NCBI GenBank assembly: GCA_009859145.1
Contig: VRVR01000061.1
Location: forward strand, 1 to 64,000
DNA from: Andalucia godoyi And28
Taxonomy: Eukaryota > Protista > Jakobida
DNA: 64,000 bases
Reading direction: 5' to 3'
The position numbers were made by a program, and so were the translations under genes. Within the stretch, counting starts at the first letter, position 1, and every line of letters starts with the position of its first letter. The notes below the pieces were generated by a model. The model worked only from the letters and a program-made list of their open reading frames with translations, was not told the DNA's origin and ran no database searches. This document shows positions 1-10,291 of this stretch, piece after piece.

Positions 1-1129
1 TTCCAAAACAGCTGCACAAAACAAATTATGTCTCATGTACCTTTCTTCCGGAGGAAGATTCATGATGTACAGCACGGCAGGAGTGTACGAAAACGATGAA
101 TATTGAAAAGGTGAGGCACCGTCAATGAAGCAACCAAAAGAAACATTCAGCACTGACGAAGATCCAGAACAGTCTCCAACTTCGACGGTCTTGCGAAACT
201 CTGGATTCATCAGTCTCAGAGCCACGACACTGGCAATGTCAAAACAGACCACCTGTTTGAGAGGCTTGAGGGAATTCCACAAACAAGCACCGCAACGATC
301 ACATGTCAAGCTATGCTCTCTGGACAGGACAAGGACTTGCTGCGGGCACAGAAGATTTGGACAAACAGCGTATGTCGTTTTGCAAATCCGAAGAGACGGG
401 AAGTACTGCAAGGACTTTTCTAAAAACAGCCGCCGAACCGTTGCGGAGCTCGAAGGAATATGTTTCTTTTGCAAGAAAGTGTGGCTGAAATGGCACAGCT
501 TCAGTATGTTTTCCGAAGAGCGGAAAGACAACTTTGCATGCTTGCTCCTCATGGAGTACAGGCACGATAAGAAAATCATTTCCGGATCATCTTTGAGGAG
601 GTCCCATCTCCATGATTGAAGAGCAACTGAATGCTCGCTGTTTATGAAGACATCAGAGTCACTTCCATCGCTAACATTTTCGAACTGCTCAATCATGTTC
701 GAATCCTGCGTCGCGTCATTCATTTCAGCAAGAACTTCCTCAAAAGCAAATGTAAGACGCAAGCGTACGTCACGGGCAAGTCGCGACATCCTTGGATATT
801 CCGCTGTTACAGATTTCACGAACGATATTCCTAAATCAAAGTGACTGACTAGTGAATCGATAAACAAAATGTTATTTACTTGGCAAATTGAAAAAACTGC
901 CAGGGATGGGTTCGGTACGAATCCGAGAAAATGAAACATCAAATTCTGTGGGCTTGTGGTTCCCGCCAAATCCTACGGGCTCACACGCGTTCCGATTGAA
1001 ATTTGCAGCCAAAAAAGTTCGTGTCTCCACGACGTATTCCTGTACTCCCGTTGATTTCACAACACTATTCTTTTCCTTTCTTCTTCTTTTTGTTTCTTGA
1101 TCTATTGCAGGAAGTGCTTTCGCAGTCAT
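1..1129 (-). CDS. CACTA/EnSpm-type (Transposase_21/tnp2-like) transposase, N-terminal part, truncated by window edge
   Basis: My translation: minus frame open from 972 to base 1, giving YAVCPNLLC...CDRCG (C4 cluster) and LNVSFGCFIDGASPFQYSSFSYTPAVLYIMNLPPEERYMRHNLFCAAVLE, matching the tnp2 motif L-x-DG-x-PF...NLPP-x-R...N. Start is ATG 939, or ATG 1129 using a 31-nt GT-AG intron (849..879) that restores frame. Confidence 0.8.
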
Positions 1130-1207
1130 TGTCCAAGTGTGAACTAGTCGTTTTTCTTTTGCAGATCATTCATAGGTTCCTGACGCTCCTGAGAATCATC
1201 AACAACC

Positions 1208-3209
1208 ATGAGCCACGTTGCTTTCCGACGGACGACAACCGCGGAACTCATGGCGCAAAAGCTGGACTACCTCGCCGAGACACTGGATCTTCTCGTTGAA
1301 AAATTCAACGTTCTTGAGGAAATGGTTCCCACGAAACTGGAACATCTTCGAACGTCCGTCAATCTCATTTGTGAAAAGCTGCACATCGAAGATCGAGCAG
1401 TCACACCAGGAATTCAGCAGGACGTCGCAGAGAGGCCGAAAAAGAAGTCGCGGTATGCTTTGCCTCTGAGCAGGCTACATCAAGTATGTGATTCTTCCTA
1501 GTTTTCAGACCAGAATTCACAACAAACTAACGAGGATGTTCAAAAAGAAAACTCTTGGAGAAATGGTTGTCGAATTTGTGCATCACCTGGGAAAGCCCTT
1601 GAATATTCTAGCGCTTGACAAGCTGAACTTGTCTTCCACGCTGCTTGACGAATGTGCAGTGCAGATGCAACGAGTGGATCCTGGTCACCCATACTTGGAG
1701 CAGGACATTCGTGCCTACGTCCGAACCAAACTTTCAAGATTGAAAGCGGACTGCCAAAACTGCCAATCAGGAGGAGCAAGGCAAGCCACGGACATCGAAG
1801 AGTTCTCAAAGAAATCCAGCAAGTTCAGTGCAAAATTTGTTTCAGTGTTGCAACGCGTGCAACTGGAAAACTGTGCACTGGAAGATGTCGGGGAGGATCA
1901 AGAGGAATTCACCAACCGTGAGAGTATTCTTGAAGGCAGCGATTTAGAAACTGATGCGCATGAGACTAACCCAGTGAGATATCCCATATCGTCAAGGGCC
2001 TTGTCAATCGCTTCGAACAGAGAGAGAGTGCAAATGACTCGAGTGTCAAACAATCCTTCAGTCGCGCAAGCTGCGTCATCAAGAATCCCAGCCAACTTAC
2101 CACGAGATGTTGAATCGGGAGCCAGTTCCTCCTGCTTTGGTATTTCCATTAGAGGCCATTCTCGCTCATCGGTGCAGGTGACGTCAAACCAAATACATGT
2201 TTCTTCTTCGACAACAAATACCAGAACAGAAGCCCAATGTGTCCAGCCAGGTGGAGGCGCTCTTTCCGCGTCGACGACCAGGCGAAGTTCATTACATCAT
2301 TCAAGGAGAGACGTTGTTCCTCTACATGGCCATGAGAATCCAATCATCAGCAATCCAACACGTTTGTCGATCATACAGTCTTCTGAAGATGTGGCATTGA
2401 TGGTCAGGAATCGACTGCCCAGAACAAAGAGTGCCGGTTCTGAATCTTTGGTGCCTCCTGTGCCAAAGGACGACCTGACAGCGGAACACATCGAGTTTCG
2501 AATATTGGAGTTGGAAAAGGATTGCCAGGAAATTCGAAAACAAAAGGAAGAGCAAATTGCGGAACTGAAAAAAAGGATTCAAGAAGAAGCGGGTCCAAAT
2601 ACGGCAGTTGCGCTGCCGACTGAAGAGCCAAAAAGTTTGTGACCAACAAGATGTACATCAGGAAGACTAATTAAAAAAAAGTTGCTCAGCATGATGCATA
2701 GGTGATGTGGAACACGCGAAAGAAGTGCACTATTTGGTGCGATTGTGGCGTCACCGTGTATACCCAGAGCACGCTTTGGTGATGCCTGCATGTGGTAGAG
2801 TAAAAGAAAATGATGACGACTTGGTGATGTAATGGTGAGATTTTTATTCAATAGTGATCCCACATGGAGCAGCGAAACGTCTGAGTGGACATTCTATGAT
2901 GGATGCGACAGATCGGGCACAATGTTCGGACATACCATGGACTCTGTGTTCCATGATGCTTTCCAGGCAGTCGGTCGAACAAAGCATGAAGTATGCCAGC
3001 TTTTGTATATCAGGCGGGATGCATGCCATGCACAAGTAGAAATTCCCATGATTCAGAGGGTGGACGGCCTTTCCGCAAGCTCTGTTGAGTGGGCAATCGC
3101 CCTCCGTAACCTTGCAAGGCAAAAAGCAGAACGTCGAGCCGAAGCAAACGTTGGTTCGTCGAAGAAGAAGAGGACGGCAGATTCAGATGCTATCGTCATC
3201 GATGATTAA
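1208..3209 (+). CDS. Transposon-associated accessory protein, 627 aa, join(1208..1483,1509..2634,2702..2828,2855..3209)
   Basis: Three GT-AG introns (25, 67, 26 nt) join ORFs 1208..1501, 1488..2642, an unlisted exon and 2832..3209 in one frame (1884 nt). The 67-nt intron has a CTAAT branch-like site. Ser-rich middle, short coiled coil, C-terminal KKKR (NLS-like). Confidence 0.6.
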
Positions 3210-4606
3210 AAATGTGACTTTGCGAGAAAACGATAAATGTTGTTTGGTTTGTGTTCCTTTATTAATAGGAAGCTTGCGTCACTTGATGCAGCATGCTGTG
3301 GAGTGTGTTTCAAACATTTTGGACTTTAAGGGGCCACCTGAGCACGTCTCCCAAATTTCCTGCGCTTTTCGCCTTTTGCTCCATAAACATGATACCAGCT
3401 GCGTGAACTGACGAACCTGCACCTGAATGTGAAATGATCAGAGTGTTTTTCGCTCTATCAGTTTGCTCGGGGACATGCTTCTTTTCACACACGGAATCAG
3501 ACGAACACGAAGGACTCAACGCCCGATGCGGATCAAAAACACGTAGTGAATATCCGCTGTTCCGCACTGGTGATAATTCATTAGAATGCTTGCAAAATGA
3601 AGACATTTTGCTTCGATCCTCACGTACACACGGACCAGAGGCTTTGCTCTGCATCACACAGCATGCAATGTAATTCGACAGACACGGATGACTGAGGCAT
3701 TTGAAGAATAAACAGTAAATTAGTGTACATAATTTCTCAGAAAGTTAATTCCGAACTGCTATTAAATTTGGAAAGTTCTGGTGCGACAGAAGTCTGCGAG
3801 CTGCTTCGCTGTCAACTTTCCTGAAGACAAAACAGCGTGATCTGTCGAACAACGTCTTTCAAGAAACACGCAGCATCATGAAACTCCAGAACACACTATT
3901 GAACAGAAATCGCGAAGGAATACAAACAGTTGGAAAGAAGAACCTTCAAATTGTCAATTTAAATTTCGAATGTGCTTCGCATTGGCGTCGATCAGAAACG
4001 TCTCCGATGCCATCCAACAAAAACACAAAAAAATCAAAATACGAGTTCACCTGCGTAGTAAGATGGATAGACAATTTGTTGATGTACAAAGAGCCGACAC
4101 AGGTCAGTTTCCAGGTGCAATACCTCGACTTTGTCGTTCGATGTCGGTTGGAAACCGATCGACATGCACGACAGGCACAGTAGCCAAAATGTTGCTAGGT
4201 GAAACATCCGAAACATGCAACCTGTTACTTTGCTGGCAGGAGCATAACAGCTGGCAGCCAACGGATCTCGCGAAAGTCAGGCGAGCAACATTTCATTGCA
4301 CTTCTTTTCAATTCGTTTTCTTCTGCAATTGATGATTCGAGCGACACAAACCCGCAGTTTCTCTTGCGTTCTCTTGCGTCTGAATGCTCGAAGTCAACAG
4401 GAAGTGAAAATGAAGCGCTCACCATCACAGGGAAATGACCCGACAATGACCCGACCTGCATAATAAGCTGATGACAACCTTCCAGGCCTCCCTTTTCCCT
4501 TTGGGCATCGTTCCTTTCGTTCTCCGACAACGAGTTTAATTCTCTTAGATAATAGCATTGAGCGAACGTACCTTGTTCTTCTTGTTTACATATTTGTCGA
4601 ACACTC

Positions 4607-6589
4607 ATGACAGACGTTCTACGTTATTTTACCGACGTTAAGGAGTTTCCTTTCAATGAGGTCACGTTAATGGAGGAAGATGCCCTTGTTGACGATTTGC
4701 TCCAGCAGTTTTGTCACTCCTTGTGGACGGAGCTTATGGCGGTGACTAAAAAAGCAATTCACACTGCCATCGTAAAAAGGGTGAGGGATATTTCGATTTC
4801 TTTGACGAAATCAAGTGTGGATGATACATTTATTTTGGAAGAGAATAAGAAATCGCTCGAAGATCAAGTCCAGAGTCTACAGCACTTTTTTTCTCTTCTT
4901 TTGGAATCGAAAAATGACGATGATATTCCGACGTATTCGATGGCGCTTCTTGCTCTTGTGCGCTATAACGAATTAGCTAAGAGTGAGACAGTTCCTTGCG
5001 TGGGGTCTTTAGTGCCTTTAGCAAACTTGGTCCTCAATGTACCGCCAAACAGTCGTGACTTTTTCATCCTGCAGTGTGCGTTTGCATCTTCGTTGTTTCG
5101 TTTGGGATATCAAGATGCCGTTCAAAATAATTTCCTTTCGCTGAAATTCAAAGATTTCGTTTTTGCTCACTGGTCAACCTTTTCTGTTCAAGAAAACGAT
5201 GTTTCCTTTTGTTTTGTCGCTCATTTTTTCAAACGTTTGTTGCGGTTCGAACGGTACCTATACAAATCCCACATTCCAGCTGCAGATGTTTCCATTTTTG
5301 TACAGGATTATCTTCTGTCCCGTACTCCAGATATGTCATCCTCGGCTTTCAATGCCCTACTGGGCTGCTGTTTGTTTGGACTGCATATCATTCGACGGGA
5401 AACTGTTGGTAAGAAGAACGAGCTTGAATTTGTCCGTAATTCCATTTGGGAATTGCTAAATAACGTTGTTCAGTCGAATGTGAATCAGATGGATGCAGTT
5501 GGAATGCTCTATTTTGTGAATACTCTGTGTTTGGTGCTCTCCCCATATCCTGGACGTAAGTGGCCGAAAGATTTGCAAACACTTTTCTACAAGACAAACG
5601 TCAAATGTTGTCGCCTATTTGTACAAGCTTCCATCGGCAGGGATTTCACCACATTCTGGTCGTGGTTGTTCACTGTGTTGTCGGACGGTCTTTTCAAGTG
5701 CGAAGATGATGTGTTAACATCGAAGATTTCTTCGTCGACCATGCGGCTGATAAACTTGGTCATGCGCGTTGAAAATGACCGTGACCCTGGAAAGGGTACG
5801 CTGTTTTTCTTGCAATTCGGCCTGCTTCCCGGATTGGAAGCGTTTCGTCGTCTGTCAGCGTTTACCGGCATAGAGAGAGAGTATATGCTCGACGTAGACG
5901 AATGTTTAACGACACTGCGAAGCTCAGCGAAAGATGCTTCTGCGAAAATGCTTCTTGGTGTTGCTAGTGATATGCTTGATGATGGATTACACTATGCTGA
6001 GATTTTGCGGTTTTCATTAACAAACTCTGAAGATCCCCCAGAGTGCCACGCTGACGAAGAGGATGCCAAGTTTTCCTCACGTCTTTCCACTTGGCTGACT
6101 GCTGTTGTGGGATTGAATGCATTTCCTGCTCGAGTTCTGTCGACTTGTTTTGCTCAGTTTTCCAAGGATCCTGGCATCGGAACTTCGAAGTTTGACGTAA
6201 TCCATGTATTATGCTGGTTAGTTGGTGCAGGGAGTACTAACCCGTGTGATTTTGTGCAGGACAGCCTTGACGATGAAGTGGAGTGCACACTTCGGTCTTT
6301 GGTGCGTAATCCGCAAGATGTTGATGAATACGCTGACCAGCCTCTTGATGCTTCCAGTTTTACTGTTGCACGTCGCTTACTCTTGAATGTGAAACGAATG
6401 GAAATCTCTCTTCCTGTTCTATCTCGCTTTGAAGGGAAAGTTGTGATAGAATGGGGCGATGATGTGTTCACAATCAATGCCGATAATACTGTGACAGGCT
6501 GGGTAGATAATGTTTCCTACGGCTGTGCTCCAGAAGGAGAGTTCTGGAAGTTCATTGTGAAGTTCGGTGTTGGCCGGTTAGATCCCTAG
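4607..6589 (+). CDS. Uncharacterised 660-aa largely helical protein with a small C-terminal alpha/beta domain
   Basis: Long intact ORF. C-terminal QDVDEYADQPLDASSFTVARRLL...LPVLSRFEGKVVIEW resembles a small bacterial family (recalled pattern WDxYGAxP..A..FL..P...G.I.LEW); not verified. Confidence 0.65.
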   Translation: MTDVLRYFTDVKEFPFNEVTLMEEDALVDDLLQQFCHSLWTELMAVTKKAIHTAIVKRVRDISISLTKSSVDDTFILEENKKSLEDQVQSLQHFFSLLLESKNDDDIPTYSMALLALVRYNELAKSETVPCVGSLVPLANLVLNVPPNSRDFFILQCAFASSLFRLGYQDAVQNNFLSLKFKDFVFAHWSTFSVQENDVSFCFVAHFFKRLLRFERYLYKSHIPAADVSIFVQDYLLSRTPDMSSSAFNALLGCCLFGLHIIRRETVGKKNELEFVRNSIWELLNNVVQSNVNQMDAVGMLYFVNTLCLVLSPYPGRKWPKDLQTLFYKTNVKCCRLFVQASIGRDFTTFWSWLFTVLSDGLFKCEDDVLTSKISSSTMRLINLVMRVENDRDPGKGTLFFLQFGLLPGLEAFRRLSAFTGIEREYMLDVDECLTTLRSSAKDASAKMLLGVASDMLDDGLHYAEILRFSLTNSEDPPECHADEEDAKFSSRLSTWLTAVVGLNAFPARVLSTCFAQFSKDPGIGTSKFDVIHVLCWLVGAGSTNPCDFVQDSLDDEVECTLRSLVRNPQDVDEYADQPLDASSFTVARRLLLNVKRMEISLPVLSRFEGKVVIEWGDDVFTINADNTVTGWVDNVSYGCAPEGEFWKFIVKFGVGRLDP

Positions 6590-6795
6590 ATATGGAAAGA
6601 CGCAGGGGAGTGAAATGTGTTGAAGAAGTAAAGGTTTGATACGTTTATCGCAAAAGTTACTGGCAATAGTAGTGACACGTCGCAACCGCAGCATTATTGT
6701 AAATCAGATTGTCATCATGGAATCTTGCAATGAAATTGATTTCATCACTCAAAATTAACAAGACATGATTGTTTTTGAAACACATACCAACAAAA

Positions 6796-7206
6796 TCACG
6801 CCGGATAGACAGCAAGGCTTCTCAAGGCAATCGAAACCTTCTTAATAACCACGTTTTCCGGATCAGTTGAGTTTTGAAACCAATGACCACATCCGATTCC
6901 AGTGTGCGATGGAAGGTCCCGAGACGGACGATGAACAACTGCGAAGTTCTGCGAACGACATGCGCCAGCTACCATTCGAGCAGCTCCATTGCCTTTCTCT
7001 CTACCCCTCGTAACTTGATTGAAAAGCGAAACGGCAGACGCTGCAGAGTTGATCATATCTGAGCGGAAAACAGACAAGTGATAATTGTCGGCAATGTCTC
7101 CTGGATTTAATACGAACGCGGTGGCTCTGAGTGTTCCAGAATTAGAGAAATGCGAAGGTTTTGTAATACGAAAAATTAGGGTAGAATCTGCAACAGGGGT
7201 TGTCAT
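6796..7206 (-). CDS. Small (136 aa) putative ADP-ribosyltransferase-fold protein (Tse2/RES-like, R-S-H type)
   Basis: From ATG 7206: IFRITKPSH (R13), AF...D...LSVFR (S45), VVHRPSRDLPSHTGI (H101). The spacing fits small bacterial ART-like proteins. The ORF can extend to an upstream ATG at 7317. Confidence 0.55.
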   Translation of the reverse strand: MTTPVADSTLIFRITKPSHFSNSGTLRATAFVLNPGDIADNYHLSVFRSDMINSAASAVSLFNQVTRGREKGNGAARMVAGACRSQNFAVVHRPSRDLPSHTGIGCGHWFQNSTDPENVVIKKVSIALRSLAVYPA

Positions 7207-7444
7207 AATGTTGTCCGTCAGAACTGCATGGATAGGATTGCAACAAATCTTTAGAAAGAACCGAGAAGCAAACGAGGCAGTGCGAAATCCATGGTCATCA
7301 ATGGCAGGCAAGCTCAACTGTCGAACATGTTTGCGTCAAGCACACTCATCTATCCTCATTTGAAGCTAGACAACTGCAATTTTGTTGCAGGTTTCATTTA
7401 TCGAATGTGAACTCCTACAGACATGCCGGTCGGAAACTGTTCGT

Positions 7445-7472
7445 CACTGCTACAGTGTTCGCGAGTGTAGTG
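7445..7472 (-). repeat. Candidate CACTA terminal inverted repeat with subterminal palindrome
   Basis: Minus strand reads CACTACACTCGCGAACACTGTAGCAGTG; contains the CACTG-N3-CAGTG palindrome. The partner TIR is outside the window. Confidence 0.35.
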
Positions 7473-7595
7473 ACAGAAGAACTGTTTCATCTCACTGATG
7501 ATGGTGACAACGATTAAGGCACAATGTGCGATATCGGAACGAGTGACGAATAATAAGAGGACATCGTGATGAATGATATCTGGGGCAGATTTTAC

Positions 7596-8685
7596 TTAAA
7601 CCTTGGCAAGTCCAGCGACGACCTCGGATTCGATACCGCACTCGTTCTTTCCACGAAGAATGCGGAAGTATCCGTTCTCACCCCATGACGTGTTCCACGA
7701 GTTCTTGATGATCCAGTACGGAACGTTGTTCTCAACTCCCCATCCAATCATCTCGACGGCATGGCCTCCCAAAAACTGACCAGACTTGTGCTGGTAGATT
7801 CCCGACTTGTAGTGTGCAAAGTCCTCATAGACAGAGAAGGCAACGGTAACAGGACCGTGCGTCTGGATTTCTGTCTGGATCTTGGCAACGTTCGAGGAGA
7901 TGCCGTATGAAGAAGCTGCATAGTAGAGGGTGTAGGGCGACGAGTCCTTGCAGGTTTTTGCAGTGTTGCAGGCAGGGGTCGGTTCCTCGGAACATCCAGG
8001 GTGCTGGCATGTTCCCATTTCAGATGGATAACACGGCTCCGAAGGAGAGCCGTTCTGGCTGAGCCAATCCCAGGCAGCGGAAGGATATCCTCCATCGCAG
8101 GATCCAGCAGAAGAGCACGAAACAAGGTCCTGGGAGCAGACCTGAACAGTGTTCTGACCCTTGGACTGGATGCAGAAACGGTCCGACAAGGTTTCCACAG
8201 TGCTCACAGCCCAGCACGATCCACAATGTCTAGCATTCGAAACGAACAGTGAGTGATACTATAAAACACAATGCAGTGCAGTGCAATGCACTTCAAACCA
8301 AAGCACAGGATTAATGGGAAGGAGAGGGAAAAGAAGAGAGAAAAGGGATTCGGCAGAGTGCTAAAGACACATACCCTTGGTCACGGACTGCGCCAACGCA
8401 GTTGGGAGTCTGTTGACGCCAGTCAAAAGAGGTCGGGATGTCTTTGAGGGTGATCGGGTCGACGATGGGAAGACCGTGTTCTCCGTTGGTCAAACGAGAT
8501 CCGAGGAGCTTCTTGAACTGTGAAACAGACATTCCTTCCAAACGATCGTTGCGTCCAGCAGTCCAAGTCGACTGCGTGTCCGCGTTGAGCTCGGCAACAC
8601 GCGCATCATTCAAAATGCGGTCCGAGTCAGAGAGTGCGAATGCAACTGCACTGAGTGCAACAACCAACACAATGGCCTTAATCAT
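7596..8685 (-). CDS. CTSB: Cathepsin B-like cysteine protease, complement(join(7596..8229,8375..8685))
   Basis: Signal peptide MIKAIVLVVALSAVAFA and propeptide. Splicing a 145-nt intron (GTATGT...CTAG, 8230..8374) gives QGHCGSCWAV. GGHAV and KNSW catalytic motifs present. Confidence 0.95.
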
Positions 8686-9081
8686 GTTTCTTGCTCTTTT
8701 CCCAGTAAGAGTTGAGCAAATCGGAAAAGAAAGAAGAAGAAAAAATGGAGAGTGACAAGAAGAAGAGGGAAGAGCAGTGGTGCGATGAGGGACAAAACGG
8801 CTGACAAGCACGGATGAGAGGTCGCCGCACAAAAAGTGCCCGACACAGTCTACTCGTCCATTGAGCGTAGCGCATAGATGCACGCAAAAAACCCTAAACC
8901 CACACAAAACAAAGATAAAAATTGCACAAACTCGCCTTGATTGGAAAGCACTCATCTACAGTACGTCGACTCTGCCACAGCGACAGATCTGCGGCGATGC
9001 ACGCTTTCTCCAACCGCTAGCCAAAACATGCATCATTATTGATCCAAAGAGTCATCGCTTCTTCTTGCTGCTCTCGGCCTC

Positions 9082-9305
9082 CGACGAGAGGGGGATCAAC
9101 GGGTTGCTTGGTTCTCGCTATCTTCGGGGCATGGCCGGTTTGAGTTTGTCGGGAAGATCCCTCTTTGGAGGCATGAGATGTTTTGTCTCTGATGAGGAGG
9201 TGCTGCTTGAGGGTTCGATAGTAAGGAACAAACAAACAGAAGGAATAATGAGAGGAAAGTGAAAGAATGAAGAAAATTTTGGACTTGACTACGGTAAGAA
9301 AAATC
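9082..9305 (+). repeat. Dispersed ~200-bp repeat, copy 1
   Basis: Aligns by eye with 58220..58406 (GACGAGAGGGGGATCAACGGG...GGCATGGCCGGTTTGAGTTTG...CTTGACTACGGTA), with a ~20-nt insertion. Confidence 0.85.
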
Positions 9306-9514
9306 GTGTCAAATAGGGTTGGTGCAAACAGACTTCCATTTATGATGCTGTTTTGTTTGATGTTTAGCGCTCATCCACAACACAGTCGATCGTGCACGTT
9401 ACTTTTCTCGTATTGCATTTTGGTTCTGCTCTTTTTTTTGTTGCTGCTTTTTTTAAATTTTTTTCGAGTTCAACCTACAGCAGTAGGAGCAGGGAAGGGA
9501 GAGAGGAATATTTC

Positions 9515-9985
9515 ATGGACGGACCAGCATCTGTAGTCAAGACAGAAGGGAAAAATGGCACGTCGTACATTTTGAAAGACGCTGCGCAGGGCTACGCGCA
9601 GTATCCGCATGCACGAGTCGTGAATGGAATGATCCATGTCTCTGGAATTTCATGCCGGCGTCCTGATAACACGCATGCTGGCGTTGCAGTTGATCCTGTG
9701 ACGGGCGAAAAAAAGCTTGATGCTGCGGTGCAGTCTCGAGCGGTTCTCGAGAACATTGAGCGCATCCTCAAGGCCGTCCACCCGCATGCGTGTCTGCGCG
9801 AGCATGCCGTGGAGATGGTTGTGTTTCTCGTTGACATGCAGGACTATCAGGCGATGAATGCTGTGTACAACGAATTCTTTCCAGAGGCGGCACACGGACC
9901 GTCGCGCACCACCGTGGCCGTCAAACAACTCCCGCATCCCAATCTTCTTGTCGAAATGAAGTGCACAGCCGTTCTCCCTCAGTGA
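9515..9985 (+). CDS. amnD: 2-aminomuconate deaminase (RidA/YjgF family, AmnD/NbaF-like)
   Basis: YPHARVVNGMIHVSGISCRRPDNTHAG and RTTVAVKQLPHPNLLVEMK match the bacterial 2-aminomuconate deaminase subfamily. Conserved Rid Arg present. First plausible ATG at 9515. Confidence 0.85.
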   Translation: MDGPASVVKTEGKNGTSYILKDAAQGYAQYPHARVVNGMIHVSGISCRRPDNTHAGVAVDPVTGEKKLDAAVQSRAVLENIERILKAVHPHACLREHAVEMVVFLVDMQDYQAMNAVYNEFFPEAAHGPSRTTVAVKQLPHPNLLVEMKCTAVLPQ

Positions 9986-10291
9986 GTCCAGTCCTCCCCG
10001 TAGCACTCCAAACAAAACACCAGTTTGCGTACGGATGCATTTTCCAGTCAGCTGTGCGTACTAGAAGCCTAGCACCGCCTTGTCGTCGCTTCTGCGGTCC
10101 CGGGCTATGTTAGATTCCCGATAAGCAGCAAAACGGATGAGTGCGTGCAGGGTGTGATACTGCGACCGGGAGCGCGAGAAGCGTAAAAAAATAAAAATAA
10201 AATACAATGTGTACGAACTACGCAGGCTACGGAGGCATTACAAGTTACGCACGGGCGGAGAAGGGGAAAAGGATCACTAACAGAAGAAAGA

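Larger units (their letters stand above)
1..7472. mobile_element. Putative CACTA/EnSpm (CMC)-like DNA transposon with cargo ORFs; left part outside window
   Basis: Contains a Transposase_21-like ORF. GC is lower (spot check 24/60 at 4621-4680 vs 29/60 and 32/60 at 21001 and 37021) and microsatellites are absent. Candidate right end ...GTGTAGTG at 7472 (CACTACAC on minus), ~120 bp past the cathepsin B stop. An alternative TAGTG end lies at 6674. Confidence 0.6.

Noticed and set aside
125-619. 164-aa plus-strand ORF
   Set aside because: Antisense shadow of the transposase frame; no motifs.
3300-4608. Possible multi-intron minus-strand gene inside the element (127-aa ORF 4225..4608, candidate 34-nt intron 4195..4228)
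   Set aside because: No consistent splice model avoided stops, and its ATG overlaps the 4607 ATG. Left unresolved.
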